From Candidatus Parcubacteria bacterium (GTDB taxonomy: Bacteria; Patescibacteriota; Minisyncoccia; Phycocordibacterales; JAKAEA01), in the NCBI GenBank assembly GCA_963806325.1, contig CAWDXL010000006.1:1-61382 (forward strand): a stretch of 61,382 bases of DNA, given 5' to 3'. Numbering within the stretch: position 1 is the stretch's first letter; every line of letters begins with the position of its first letter. Below are positions 40,041 through 51,062 of the stretch, piece after piece. Position numbers and translations under genes: made by a program. Below the pieces are notes generated by a model. That model saw only the letters and a program-made list of their open reading frames with translations, was not told the origin of the DNA and did no database searches.

Positions 40041-40165
40041 TATTCGGCAATGAAATCGAGACCCTTGGATATAAAACTCCAAGGGCCTTTCTTATTACTT
40101 TTTGATATGTATACGTGGTAAAGTATTTCCTGGACTTTGCTCCTAGATTTAACTATAACTACCAT

Positions 40166-41434
40166 ATGAACTACAAACGAAAAATTTTAAAAAATGGCTT
40201 GCGAGTTGTTATGATACCGATGCCGCAATCACCAACGGTGACCGTGCTTGTAATGGTGGAAGCCGGCTCGGAATATGAGACAAAAGAGAAAAACGGCATC
40301 TCGCATTTTTTGGAGCATATGTGTTTTAAGGGTACAACCATGCGTCCAACCGCTCTCTCTATCAGTAAAGAGCTCGAATCGATCGGTTCCCAATATAATG
40401 CCTTCACCGGAGAAGAGTACACCGGCTACTACGCAAAATCCCATCCGAAGCATGTTCATAAAATACTGGATGTGGTTTCCAATCTCTACTTAAATCCCGT
40501 CTTTCCTGAAAAAGAAATCGAGAAAGAAAAAGGAGTGATCATCGAAGAAATAAATATGTACCGCGACATGCCGCATCGCCATGTGCAGGAGCTGTTTACT
40601 GAGCTTCTCTATGGCGATCAGCCGGCAGGCTGGAATATTGCCGGTACGCACGAATCAGTGCGCGGTATGTCGCGTAATGACTTCATTTCATACCGTTCGG
40701 CAAAATATGTTGCGCCAGCCACGACGGTGATTGTTGCTGGAAAATTTAATGAGCAGAAAATACTTAAAGATATTGAAGCAAAATTTGGAATTCTTTCCAC
40801 CGCTAAAATAGAAAACAAGTCTCATGTGACAGAAACTCAAAATTTACCAATGATAAAAATAGAAGATAGGAAAACCGATCAAGCTCATATTGTGCTCGGT
40901 ATGCGCGGCGTGCCTGTTGCCCACAAAGATACGGCTGCGCTCCGAGTACTTTCCGCGGTCCTTGGTGCTGGTATGAGCTCGCGGCTTTTTCAGAAGCTGC
41001 GAGAGGAAATGGGGGTAGGTTACTACGTTCGCTCATCATATGATGGGTACGCGGATCATGGTATTTTTTCCGTTTCTGTTGGTTGTGATGTTAAACGAGT
41101 CGAAGAGGTGGTGAGTGCTGTCATGAAAGAGCTTTTAGCTTTTACTACAGAAAATGTGGGTGATGAAGAGCTTAAAAAGACAAAAGACTATCTCATTGGC
41201 AGCATGTACCTCGGTCTTGAATCATCCGATTCCTTGGCTGAATTTTACGGCTTCCAGGAAATCTTGCGCCGCGATTTGAAAAAGCCTGCACAGATTGTGA
41301 AAGAAATTCAGGCGGTGACTGCAGCCGATATCCGCAAAATTGCCAAAAAATATTTTGTCGATAAGCATCTCAATCTCGCTATTGTTGGGCCAGTCAAAGA
41401 CGAAGAAGCTCTGAAGAAAATTTTGCATTTCTAA
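40166..41434 (+). CDS. M16 (pitrilysin) family peptidase
   Basis: GISHFLEHM (HxxEH), NAFT, EKGVIIEE and SSRLFQKLRE. Confidence 0.93.
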   Translation: MNYKRKILKNGLRVVMIPMPQSPTVTVLVMVEAGSEYETKEKNGISHFLEHMCFKGTTMRPTALSISKELESIGSQYNAFTGEEYTGYYAKSHPKHVHKILDVVSNLYLNPVFPEKEIEKEKGVIIEEINMYRDMPHRHVQELFTELLYGDQPAGWNIAGTHESVRGMSRNDFISYRSAKYVAPATTVIVAGKFNEQKILKDIEAKFGILSTAKIENKSHVTETQNLPMIKIEDRKTDQAHIVLGMRGVPVAHKDTAALRVLSAVLGAGMSSRLFQKLREEMGVGYYVRSSYDGYADHGIFSVSVGCDVKRVEEVVSAVMKELLAFTTENVGDEELKKTKDYLIGSMYLGLESSDSLAEFYGFQEILRRDLKKPAQIVKEIQAVTAADIRKIAKKYFVDKHLNLAIVGPVKDEEALKKILHF

Positions 41435-41475
41435 GCCAGTATTGAAAATAGTCCGGTGGATGCTAGTATTACTCT

Positions 41476-42909
41476 ATGTCCGACAAAAATTTCTATATCA
41501 CGAGTCCGATATTTTACCCGAACGCGAAGCTCCACATGGGCCATGCGTATGTTATGACGCTGTGCGATATTTTGGCGCGCTACCACAGGCTTATCGGCGA
41601 CACGACATATTTTTTGACGGGTTCGGATGAAAACACTGGCAAGCTCATCAAGGCTGCTCTTGAGCAGAAAAAAGAGGTCAAAGAATATCTCGATGAGATC
41701 GTGAAAAGTTTTGGCGCGCTCTACGGTGCGCTTCATATTCAGTACGATCAGTTCATTAGAACAACCGATCAGCAAAAACATTGGCCGGGGGCAATAAAAC
41801 TTTGGAATGCACTCGTCGTATCGGGAGATATTTATAAAGCAAAATACACGGGTCTCTATTGCTTGGGCTGTGAGACTTTCTATACCGAAAAAGATTTAGT
41901 AGACGGAAAATGCCCGATTCACCTCACTGTTCCTGAAAAAATTGAGGAAGAAAATTATTTTTTCAAGCTTTCCAAATACACAAAAATAATAGAAGAAAAA
42001 ATAAAAAAGGGCGAATTGAATGTTGTGCCAGATTCAAGGAAAAACGAAATTTTGGCGTTGCTCGGGCGCGGACTGGAAGACATTAGCTTTTCGCGGCCAA
42101 GAAAAACCGTGCCACACGGCATTCCCGTGCCGAATGATCCGGAACAAGTGATTTATGTCTGGTGCGATGCGCTCGTGAATTATATCTCTGCTCTCGGCTA
42201 TGGGGGATCTGATACAAAAAACTTTGAAAAATTTTGGCCGGCAGATGTGCATGTCATCGGCAAAGATATTTTGCGCTTCCATGCCGCCATCTGGCCGGCG
42301 ATGCTCTTGTCTGCCGGACTGCCGCTTCCAAAAAATATTTTTGTGCACGGCTTGATCACTTCAGGCGGTCACAAGATGTCCAAGAGTTTGGGAAATGTCA
42401 TAGACCCATATGAGCTTATCCAGGAATATGGAGCTGAAGCAGTGCGTTACTATCTTGCCCGGGAAATCTCGCCGTTTGAAGACGGGGATCTTACAAAAGA
42501 AAGTTTTAAAAATGCCTATAATGCGAATCTTGCCAATGGTCTCGGTAATCTCGCGTCGCGCATACTCAAAATGTCCGAAACTCATCTCGAGGCTCCCGTT
42601 TCTGTTGCTGTTGAAAATATAAAAATCCCGGAAGATTATGCGCAGGCACTAGAAAACTTTGAAATCAAGAAAGCCGTCGATGTTGTGTGGAAAGAAATCA
42701 CCTTGCTTGATGAACGAATCCAAACGACCCAGCCCTTCAAGCTCATCAAGACAGATAAAGAACAGGGTCAGAAAGTAATTAAAGAATTAGTAAGCACGCT
42801 TTCCGAAATAGCGTATCTTCTCAGGCCTTTTCTTCCGGAGACAGCAGAAAAAATAGAAACTTCAATCAAAGAAAACAAAATGCCAGCACCGCTTTTTCTA
42901 AGAAAGTAA
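41476..42909 (+). CDS. metG: Methionyl-tRNA synthetase (short form)
   Basis: YPNAKLHMGHAY, YVWCDAL, GKDILRFH and KMSKSLGN. Confidence 0.97.
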   Translation: MSDKNFYITSPIFYPNAKLHMGHAYVMTLCDILARYHRLIGDTTYFLTGSDENTGKLIKAALEQKKEVKEYLDEIVKSFGALYGALHIQYDQFIRTTDQQKHWPGAIKLWNALVVSGDIYKAKYTGLYCLGCETFYTEKDLVDGKCPIHLTVPEKIEEENYFFKLSKYTKIIEEKIKKGELNVVPDSRKNEILALLGRGLEDISFSRPRKTVPHGIPVPNDPEQVIYVWCDALVNYISALGYGGSDTKNFEKFWPADVHVIGKDILRFHAAIWPAMLLSAGLPLPKNIFVHGLITSGGHKMSKSLGNVIDPYELIQEYGAEAVRYYLAREISPFEDGDLTKESFKNAYNANLANGLGNLASRILKMSETHLEAPVSVAVENIKIPEDYAQALENFEIKKAVDVVWKEITLLDERIQTTQPFKLIKTDKEQGQKVIKELVSTLSEIAYLLRPFLPETAEKIETSIKENKMPAPLFLRK

Positions 42910-42913
42910 AAAT

Positions 42914-43711
42914 ATGTATGACTATGTAGATATTCACTCGCACCTCAACCTTTCCGAGTATGATGCCGATAGGAAAGAGGTGATTGCGAAGCTTAAAGAA
43001 GAAAATATAGCTACTATCACAGTGGGAACCGGCTACATAACTTCTAACGAGGCCGTAGTTCTTTCTGAAGAGTACGAAAATTTGTATGCATGTGTCGGCC
43101 TCCATCCAATTGATCGTCAGGAGGAAACGTTTGATGAGGCCGAATTTACAAAGCTTATAGCTCATAAAAAAGTGGTGGCGGTAGGTGAGTGTGGCCTTGA
43201 TTATTCATGTTTGTCGGAAGTTGTTGATATTGAGGCTGAAAAAAAGCGGCAGAAAAAGGAATTTGAAACGCAGATAGAATTTGCTGTACGGCACGACAAG
43301 CCTCTCATTATTCACTGCAGAGAGGCATATCCCGATGCTTTGACGCTTCTTGAGAGCAAGAAAAAAGAATACGGTGAAAAATTGAGAGGGGATTTCCATT
43401 TCTTTACATCCCCCATTGAAATTGCTCAACAGTGCTTAGATATGGGTTTTACAGTATCTTTTACGGGTCCAATCACTTTTGCTAGGCAGTATGAAGAAGT
43501 GGTGGCGTACGTCCCGCTTGAAAAAATGATGGCCGAAACTGATGCTCCGTATGCCTCTCCTAAGCCATATCGAGGCAAACGCAACAACCCTCTTTATGTC
43601 AAAGAGATTGTCGGGAAAATAGCAGAAATAAAGAAGTTGGATATTGACATCGTACGAAAAAAGTTGGCGGAAAACGCTTTTTATCTTTTCTTAAGGTCTA
43701 TTTCATCTTAA
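42914..43711 (+). CDS. tatD: TatD family deoxyribonuclease
   Basis: DIHSHL, GLHP, GECGLDY, IHCR and ETDAPY. Confidence 0.93.
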   Translation: MYDYVDIHSHLNLSEYDADRKEVIAKLKEENIATITVGTGYITSNEAVVLSEEYENLYACVGLHPIDRQEETFDEAEFTKLIAHKKVVAVGECGLDYSCLSEVVDIEAEKKRQKKEFETQIEFAVRHDKPLIIHCREAYPDALTLLESKKKEYGEKLRGDFHFFTSPIEIAQQCLDMGFTVSFTGPITFARQYEEVVAYVPLEKMMAETDAPYASPKPYRGKRNNPLYVKEIVGKIAEIKKLDIDIVRKKLAENAFYLFLRSISS

Positions 43712-43764
43712 ATCCGTATAATCTATTGCATAGCGCTATAGTATGTGATAGTCTGTGAGCTACT

Positions 43765-44250
43765 ATGGAAAAAACAGAGAAGACATCAAAAATCTACGAA
43801 TTAGGCTACCTTGTCGTGCCTACGATAGCTGAGGAGAACCTTATCCACGAAGTACAGGCCATTAAGACTATTTTGGCTGAAGGTGATGCAGTTACCATCA
43901 CTGAAGACTCTCCAAAGCTTCGCCCGCTAAGCTATACCATGCTTAAGGTGATCGGCAGCAACCGCTCAAAATACGACAAAGCCTATTTTGGATGGATTAA
44001 ATTTGAGGTGTCTCCAACTGTTCTTGCTTCAATAAAGACAAAAATTGAAAAAATCGAGAGTCTCCTTCGAACCATGATTATTGAAACAGTCCGTGAAAAT
44101 ACAATGGTTGCACCTAAGGTGGCTGTTAGAACTGCCGATACCCCTCTATCTGCTGATGCTCCAAAAAAAGCAGCTTCAGAAGAAGACGTTCATGTTTCAG
44201 ATGCTGATCTCGATAAGACCATCGATAGCCTCGTAGGAGTTCAAAACTAA
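43765..44250 (+). CDS. rpsF: 30S ribosomal protein S6
   Basis: YELGYL, LSY.M and LLRTMII; lies before ssb-rpsR. Confidence 0.88.
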   Translation: MEKTEKTSKIYELGYLVVPTIAEENLIHEVQAIKTILAEGDAVTITEDSPKLRPLSYTMLKVIGSNRSKYDKAYFGWIKFEVSPTVLASIKTKIEKIESLLRTMIIETVRENTMVAPKVAVRTADTPLSADAPKKAASEEDVHVSDADLDKTIDSLVGVQN

Positions 44251-44291
44251 TTGCATAGAGCCCTAATAATCAATTTAGCCTATAACCAATT

Positions 44292-44795
44292 ATGTACATA
44301 AACAAAGCCATACTTTTTGGAAACCTTACCCGCGATCCAGAGCTTAAATCGCTTCCGTCAGGCATCCAAGTGGCAAGTTTCTCTGTAGCAACAAATCGCG
44401 TATGGAAAGATAAGGCAGGTGCAAAGCAGGAGGCTTCCGATTTTCATAATATTGTTGTATTCGGAAAACAAGCCGAGCTTGTCGCGCAGTACCTTAAGAA
44501 GGGCTCGTCAATCTTCGTAGAAGGAAGAATGCAGACTCGCTCATGGGATGCTGCTGACGGACAGAAAAAGTATCGTACTGAAGTGATCGCCGATCGCATT
44601 CAGTTTGGTCCTCGCGCTCAGAGCGGGGGAAGCTACCAGGGTGGCGGAGCATCAGTTCCTGCCGAAGCTGGAGCAGACAAATCAGGTTCAGCGGGAGCTT
44701 CGTCAGGAAAGGGAAGCAAGGTTGACAAAAACGACAGTCTTGATACTATCGAATATCCAACAGAAGAAATAAACCCGGAAGACATCCCATTCTAA
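44292..44795 (+). CDS. ssb: Single-stranded DNA-binding protein
   Basis: NKAILFGNLTRDPE, VEGRMQTRSW and C-terminal DIPF. Confidence 0.97.
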   Translation: MYINKAILFGNLTRDPELKSLPSGIQVASFSVATNRVWKDKAGAKQEASDFHNIVVFGKQAELVAQYLKKGSSIFVEGRMQTRSWDAADGQKKYRTEVIADRIQFGPRAQSGGSYQGGGASVPAEAGADKSGSAGASSGKGSKVDKNDSLDTIEYPTEEINPEDIPF

Positions 44796-44830
44796 CTAAT
44801 ATCAAAAACCAATCTTAGAAATTTAAACCC

Positions 44831-45061
44831 ATGAACGCCCCTACCACCACAACCATGTCGAATAAGCAGTGCTATTTCTCACAAAATAACATCAAGCATA
44901 TCGATTATAAAGATATCGAGACACTCAAGAAGTTCTTGAATCCTCATGCTCGTCTTATGTCGGGCAAGCGCACCGGCGTCAGTGCTAAAAGCCAGCGTCA
45001 GCTCGCCGAAGCCGTCAAGCGCGCCCGCTTTATGGGGCTCCTCCCGTTTGTTTCGAGATAA
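44831..45061 (+). CDS. rpsR: 30S ribosomal protein S18
   Basis: IDYKD..LKKF, RTG...QR.LA.AVKRAR..LLPF. Confidence 0.95.
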   Translation: MNAPTTTTMSNKQCYFSQNNIKHIDYKDIETLKKFLNPHARLMSGKRTGVSAKSQRQLAEAVKRARFMGLLPFVSR

Positions 45062-45077
45062 TTTCTAAAGAATATAA

Positions 45078-45110
45078 ATAAAAACTCCCTAAAATTTAGG
45101 GAGTTTTTAT
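45078..45110. terminator. Bidirectional terminator between rpsR and efp
   Basis: ATAAAAACTCCCTAAA-A-TTTAGGGAGTTTTTAT. Confidence 0.85.
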
Positions 45111-45156
45111 TTTGAACTAATTTCTATTTCTTTCTCTATCTAGACTAAATCTGGAA

Positions 45157-45738
45157 TTAAAACCTCTTCTCCCCCACACGCTCTACATATTCGCCAGTAT
45201 CGGTATTGATGCGGATGACTTCGCCTTCTTCGATAAACATCGGGCCGTTGATGGTGGCGCCGGTTTCAAGCTTAATCTGCTTCGTACCGCCTTTTGCTGT
45301 ATCGCCTTTGACCGCTGGGAAGGCTTCTATCACCTTTAGATCGACTTTGATAGGGATTTGCACGTCAATGACTTTTTCATCAAAGCTGAGGGCAGTGAGG
45401 ATGCTATTCTGCTTCATAAACTTGAGCTTGTGGCCGACGAGAGCATCCGGAAGCATAAAACGTTTTGAAGGATCGTTTGCCTCGCAAAACCAGTATTCTC
45501 CTTTGTTTGAATAGAGGTATTTAATGTCGCGCTTGCTCAATTCTGCCTCCTCAACCTTTTCAGAGACGTGAAATGAGATTTCCTTGATGTTGCCTGTAAT
45601 AAGGCTTCTCATTTTTACCGCATTAACCGGCTTTCGCTGTTGTTTGCGGAAGACGTGCGAATCGAGGACTTCGTAAGGCTGGCCTTCGAAGTTGATAATC
45701 TTTCGGAGCGTTATTTCGTTGTATTCAAGCATTGCCAT
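45157..45738 (-). CDS. efp: Elongation factor P
   Basis: YLY...EYWF, VKGDTA.GG.K...LETG and P.FIEEGE.IRINT.TGEYVER. Confidence 0.93.
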   Translation of the reverse strand: MAMLEYNEITLRKIINFEGQPYEVLDSHVFRKQQRKPVNAVKMRSLITGNIKEISFHVSEKVEEAELSKRDIKYLYSNKGEYWFCEANDPSKRFMLPDALVGHKLKFMKQNSILTALSFDEKVIDVQIPIKVDLKVIEAFPAVKGDTAKGGTKQIKLETGATINGPMFIEEGEVIRINTDTGEYVERVGEKRF

Positions 45739-45794
45739 AAGCGTAACAAATTTATGTGTAGTCTTTCGATACTAGCTCAACTCTGAAAAAAAGT

Positions 45795-46067
45795 CTATTG
45801 GATCGCGAGCTTGGTTTTGACGAGCCTCATATCATCCTCAAGCTGTTCAACTCGTCCGGACAAGCCTGTGACTTTAGCATTTACGCCATCTATTTTATCC
45901 CCGAGCCTTTTCTCAAGCTCATCAAAACGCACATCATGGGCTGCAAGATGATCTTCGATACTATTAAACCTTTTATCCATAAAGGTAATGACTTCCGCCA
46001 AGACTTCAGTGGTCTCTGAAGCAGTCAGGGATGCATCTTTATTATGTTTTTGGTTTTTCTTAAGCAT
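45795..46067 (-). CDS. Small coiled-coil hypothetical protein
   Basis: Heptad pattern MDKRFNSIEDHL...RFDELEKRL...RVEQLE. Confidence 0.6.
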   Translation of the reverse strand: MLKKNQKHNKDASLTASETTEVLAEVITFMDKRFNSIEDHLAAHDVRFDELEKRLGDKIDGVNAKVTGLSGRVEQLEDDMRLVKTKLAIQ

Positions 46068-46085
46068 GTTTTTTGTGGCTTTTTT

Positions 46086-47138
46086 CTACTCAGAGTCTTC
46101 CGAGCTTGTGCCGCCTTTTACCGCGAGGGTAGAATCATCCTTGAGCTTCTCCCTGATCTTAGCGAGAAGTTCTTCCTTAACATCTTTATTTTCACGAAGA
46201 AACGTGCGGGTGGCATCATAGCCGCGGCCGAGCTTGGTAGACCCATATCCATAGGAAGTACCCGATTTTTGAATCAAGCCCATTTTCTCGCCGAGCGCGA
46301 TGATTTCGCCCTCCTGGGAAATTCCTTCATTATATATAAGGTCGAATTCTGTCTGCTTAAATGGAGCCGCAACTTTATTCTTTACCACTTTTACGCGTAC
46401 GCGACCTCCGACGATTTCTTCACCTTTTTTAATCTGAGCGATTCTTCGGATATCAATACGGACGGAAGAGTAAAATTTAAGAGCCTTGCCGCCAGGAGTA
46501 GTTTCCGGATTGCCAAACATGACGCCGATCTGCATGCGGATCTGATTGATGAAGATTACCATCGTCTTTGACTTTGCGACAATAGCGGTGAGCTTGCGCA
46601 GGGCTTGCGACATTAAGCGCGCCTGCTTGCCCATGTGCTGAGCTCCCATATCGCCCTCAATTTCGTCTTTCGGCGTGAGCGCCGCTACTGAGTCGATAAC
46701 AACAATATCTACTTTGCCGGAACGCACTAAGCTCTCGGTAATTTCGAGGCCTTGTTCGCCTGTATCAGGCTGGGAAATGAGCAAATCATTGATATTGACC
46801 CCGAGCTTCTGGGCATATTCTGGGTCCATGGCGTGTTCTGCGTCGATATAGGCGCAAATACCGCCTTTTTTCTGAGCTTCGGCTACGACATGCAGGGCAA
46901 GCGTAGTTTTACCCGAAGACTCTGGACCAAATATTTCAATAATTCTGCCGCGGGGAAGGCCGCCGACGCCGAGCGCTGCATCAAGGCCGATTGAGCCCGT
47001 GGGTACAGTATCGATATCCACTCTCGGTTTGTCACCGAGCTTCATAATAGCTTCGTCGCCAAACTTCGTCTTAATCTCCGCGATTGTTGCTTCAATCGCG
47101 CTGCCTGTCGTTTTCAATTCTTTTTCTTTTTTTGCCAT
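46086..47138 (-). CDS. recA: Recombinase RecA
   Basis: [28 protein letters not shown] and [10 protein letters not shown]. Confidence 0.99.
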   Translation of the reverse strand: MAKKEKELKTTGSAIEATIAEIKTKFGDEAIMKLGDKPRVDIDTVPTGSIGLDAALGVGGLPRGRIIEIFGPESSGKTTLALHVVAEAQKKGGICAYIDAEHAMDPEYAQKLGVNINDLLISQPDTGEQGLEITESLVRSGKVDIVVIDSVAALTPKDEIEGDMGAQHMGKQARLMSQALRKLTAIVAKSKTMVIFINQIRMQIGVMFGNPETTPGGKALKFYSSVRIDIRRIAQIKKGEEIVGGRVRVKVVKNKVAAPFKQTEFDLIYNEGISQEGEIIALGEKMGLIQKSGTSYGYGSTKLGRGYDATRTFLRENKDVKEELLAKIREKLKDDSTLAVKGGTSSEDSE

Positions 47139-47174
47139 AATATCAATGTTAGCATTCTCTGGATAAAATTTTCC

Positions 47175-47528
47175 TCAACTTTTCTTAAAGATTAGCTCAA
47201 TATTTTTTTCTGTGGTTCGGCCAAATTTATCCCGGGCCTCCAGTCTCCAGTCATTATACCCTGGCGCGAGCAGCAAGTCTTCGTTGAATGTGCCGTTGCC
47301 GTCAACGTAAATTTGTTGATTGTTTAAGCTTATGTAGGTGATGTTTTGAGCAGATCCGGAAAAATGTACAAGCGGATCTGTAAGTGTGGCCCCGTTTTCA
47401 GGGTTTGTGAGTGTAATTTGAGGTCCTTCAATAAGATGTCGAGCCTGATACAATGAATATCCTATGATGCCGACGAAAATCAGCAAAGATGCACCGAGCT
47501 TCATATATGTCTTATATCGTTGGTCCAT
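47175..47528 (-). CDS. TM-anchored Ig-like hypothetical protein
   Basis: TM then GPQITL..P.NG, LNNQQIYVD..G.F.EDLLL.PGYN. Confidence 0.7.
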   Translation of the reverse strand: MDQRYKTYMKLGASLLIFVGIIGYSLYQARHLIEGPQITLTNPENGATLTDPLVHFSGSAQNITYISLNNQQIYVDGNGTFNEDLLLAPGYNDWRLEARDKFGRTTEKNIELIFKKS

Positions 47529-47539
47529 ACAGTCGGAGG

Positions 47540-49897
47540 TTAAGCAGGTATGTCGTGTGATGTATTTTCTCCATTCTCGCTTTCAGTCGATGATACTGCA
47601 TTTACTGAAGCTGCACCAAGAACCTCTCGAGGCTTTGCACCTTCGCCCGGGCCGATAACGCCGCGTTCTTCAAGGATATCGATAAGTCGGGCAGCTCGTG
47701 CATAACCAATTCTAAACTTTCGCTGAAGATATGATGTAGAAGCTTTTCCTGCGGCAATGACTACATCGCGCGCCTCTTCATAAAGATCATCGTCATCGGC
47801 AGCATCGTCATCAAACGACGAAGAAAAGATAGCGTCCTTATCGCTCGGGGCTTCGGTGAGGTTGATTTCTTGCGGCAATTCATCGGCGTAATTGTCGGTA
47901 AGATATTTAACGATTGCTTTGAGCTCTGATTCGGAAATAAATGCTGATTGGATACGCTGCGGCTTTGACATTTCTCCCGACATAAACAGCATGTCGCCTG
48001 CGCCGAGAAGTTTTTCCGCCCCTGCCATATCAAGAATGGTGCGTGAATCAATCTGAGATGCTACCTGAAGAGCGATGCGTGACGGCACGTTGGCTTTAAT
48101 GAGGCCGGTAATAACGTTGACCGATGGTCGCTGAGTCGAAATTAAGAGGTGGATGCCCACTGCGCGGCTCATTTGAGCTAAGCGTACAATGGCCGATTCA
48201 AGCTCGCGGGGATATGCCTGCATCAGGTCAGCCAATTCGTCGATAACAATGGCAACATAAGGCATGGCCTCGGGCATTTGTGGAGGAAGCTCATTGCCGG
48301 CGGTGTCGTTGACCACGAATCCATCACCTCTCTCTTCTCGCCTTTTTAAGTGCTGGTGCAAGAATGGTTTTGTGATATGAGTCTATATCACGTACTTTTT
48401 CGGCTTCGAGGATATCGTAGCGTCGATCCATTTCCTTGAGCAGCCCATTTCAATGCGAGAATCGCTTTTTTTGCTTCAGTAATAACTGGAGTCAGTAAAT
48501 GAGGAATGTTATTGTAGAGAGGTAAGCTCGACGCGCTTTGGATCGATCATGATGAATTTGAGATTTTCAGGAGAATTGCGGTAAAGAAGGGATGTAATAA
48601 TGGTGTGAATGGTGACTGATTTTCCGGAGCCCGTGGCGCCCGCGATAAGAAGATGAGGTGCTTTCGCTAGGTTTGTAAATATTGATTTTCCTGAAATGCC
48701 TTTGCCGAGTGCGATAAGAAGCGGTTTGTCGGAATTTTTAAATTCTTCCGAAATCAGCATCGTGCCAAGGCCGACCGTTGTTTTTGTATTATTTGGAATT
48801 TCAATGCCGACCAGTGATTTTCCTGGAATCGGAGCTTCGATGCGCAGCGGATGAGCAGCAAGTGCCAGCGAGAGATCATTTTGCAGTCCGACTATCCTTG
48901 AAAGTTTTACACCCTCTGCCGGTTTTAAGGCATAGCGGGTGACTGATGGTCCGATCGAAATTTCATCCATCTCGACATTGATGCCAAAATTTTGGAGTGT
49001 GCGCTTGATAATATTAGCATTTGCTTTAATGTCTCCTACTCCAGGCTTGCCCCGGTCTTCGTTGAGTAGTGAGAGTGGCGGAGGGAGATATACTTTACCG
49101 AAGAAACGGCTGGTAGCGATAGCAAAACCTTCAGCTTCAACTTTCTTATCTTTATCCAGTCCGAGTATTTTTTTGAGACCCTTGCCCGTGTCTTCACCTT
49201 TATCCTCAGCATCTTTTTTGTCTTTCTTCTCTAGTATTTCCGGTTCGACAGGAAGAGATACTTTTTTTTCACCTTCTACAATGAGGGGCTCCTTGTCCTC
49301 TTGTTCAATATTTTCTTCATCATCGATGGATTTCTTTTTGAAGAGTGTGAAGATAGAGGATACCGAAAGCTGATTATCAAAAAGAATAATTGTGGAAATG
49401 ATAAGCACACCGACAAGAATGATGACAGTGACCCATATATCAAAGAGTCGAATGAGAGGTGATGCAACAATGGTGCCGATAAGGCCTCCGCGTCCTATAC
49501 CCTGAGTATCTTTAAAAGTGATATTAATGATTCCGAGGGCTGCAAAAAGAAAGAGGACGGCACCAAGAATTTTTGGCCATGTCACGCTTCTTTTATTGAG
49601 AGATTGAATGAGAAGAACAGCAAACACCGCAAGCAGAAGGGGAATGAGATAGTAGCCGATACCGAAAAGAGAATGGAGCGCGGCATACGTATATATACCG
49701 ATAGGGCCCGCAAACCCCTCATTATTTTTTTTATTCGGAAAGGAAGAAAAGATAAGGAATAACGCAACTACAAAAAGAATGATTGCGTAAATGACGCGAA
49801 ACGTCTCCTCCGTGAGGGTTGGCTTTCGTCCGAAATCATCGTCATTGTCAAAATCATCATTGTGCCCCTTTCGCTTCCGTTTGTTCTTTTTTGCCAT
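47540..49897 (-). CDS. ftsK: DNA translocase FtsK/SpoIIIE (frameshifts near 48360-48510)
   Basis: N-terminal TMs, [37 protein letters not shown] and gamma domain [10 protein letters not shown]. Confidence 0.95.
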
Positions 49898-49990
49898 GAA
49901 TCAGGTACTAAGAAAAATTTATCTAATCTAATTAAGCATATTTTATCACATATCATGAGTTTTGATACTGTACATTTCTGCTCCTCCGTA

Positions 49991-50019
49991 CTGTCATTCC
50001 CGTGTAGGCGGGAATCCAG
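49991..50019. repeat. ATTCCC-N8-GGGAAT repeat, copy 2
   Basis: CTGTCATTCCCGTGTAGGCGGGAATCCAG. Confidence 0.85.
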
Positions 50020-50086
50020 ATTTTTGACAATAAGACATTGACCAGCGTATAGTACATCCACGTAAAAGACTTCTTTAAAAGACACC

Positions 50087-50881
50087 ATGATTAACGACAA
50101 AAAAGACAATCAAAATCACAAGGACGTATCTCTGTCCGTAAAGATGTACTCGGACATATTTCATGGCAATGAACTATCTTATATTGTATTCAGACAGGCC
50201 CAAAATATAGCCTCAGCTCTGTCCTTGCTTTCGTCAAATGTTGTTGGTAATGATATTCTAAAAAAAGCTCTGTTTGAAGGAGCATTATCATGTATTCATT
50301 CTGCGAGTGAACTTGTGGAAATTCGGGCACTTCATGGTGAAGAAAAATTAAGAAAGCTGCTAGGGGTTGTTTTTGAACTCCAATCATTGAGTAATGCTGG
50401 TTTCTGGACTGGCGACATCTCAGATATGAACAATAATCTCGTCCAGCAGGAAATGAAACATCTAGAAAAAAACCTCTATGATCTTATAGTTAGTCAGTCC
50501 AGCAAATTTATTGTCAGTACATCTCTATTCAAGGACACCCACGACCTTGAAGGTGATTTTATGTACATCAGAAAGGATATAAAATATAAAGGACAAGATA
50601 AAGGACAATATACGGTAAAGGACAATATAAATATGTCCAATACCAATGTACCACCAAAGGTGAATGCGGTGCGTGAAGATCGATCTGAGAGGCGAGGTAC
50701 ACTCCTAAAAGTTTTAGGAGAACTTGGGCCAGTGAGTATTAAAGATATCGCAGAAAAGCTTCCGAGTATTGGTGAGAAAACAATTCAGCGCGAATTGGCA
50801 GCTCTTATAGCTCAGGGTGTGATAAAGAAGGAGGGTAACGGCGCTGGAGTCTCTACTCTTTACCACTGTAAAGTTACTTAA
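50087..50881 (+). CDS. Hypothetical protein with C-terminal DeoR-like winged HTH
   Basis: Helical N-terminus; SIKDIA...GEKTIQRELAALIAQGVIKKEG. Confidence 0.7.
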   Translation: MINDKKDNQNHKDVSLSVKMYSDIFHGNELSYIVFRQAQNIASALSLLSSNVVGNDILKKALFEGALSCIHSASELVEIRALHGEEKLRKLLGVVFELQSLSNAGFWTGDISDMNNNLVQQEMKHLEKNLYDLIVSQSSKFIVSTSLFKDTHDLEGDFMYIRKDIKYKGQDKGQYTVKDNINMSNTNVPPKVNAVREDRSERRGTLLKVLGELGPVSIKDIAEKLPSIGEKTIQRELAALIAQGVIKKEGNGAGVSTLYHCKVT

Positions 50882-51062
50882 TGTCGCGTCTGTCGTAATA
50901 ATCTGCAGAAGATAGTGATTGTGGATGCTCGCTCTGCGGCTATTGACTTTTCATCTGAAAAGTGTAGTTTTATAGCCGTGGCGAGCTCTTGTATATTTCT
51001 AGTATACAGGGACTTATCCACATAATCGCTAATCTTAGGCGTAGTGGGGGCTCATCTGTTTG

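Noticed and set aside
1-47138. Inteins in nrdJ or recA
   Set aside because: Lengths and motif spacing are normal, with no intein splice or LAGLIDADG motifs.
10351-51022. DnaA boxes (TTATCCACA at 10351 and 51014, TGTGGATAA at 29751) as oriC
   Set aside because: Isolated single boxes far apart, one inside a CDS, with no dnaA/dnaN nearby.
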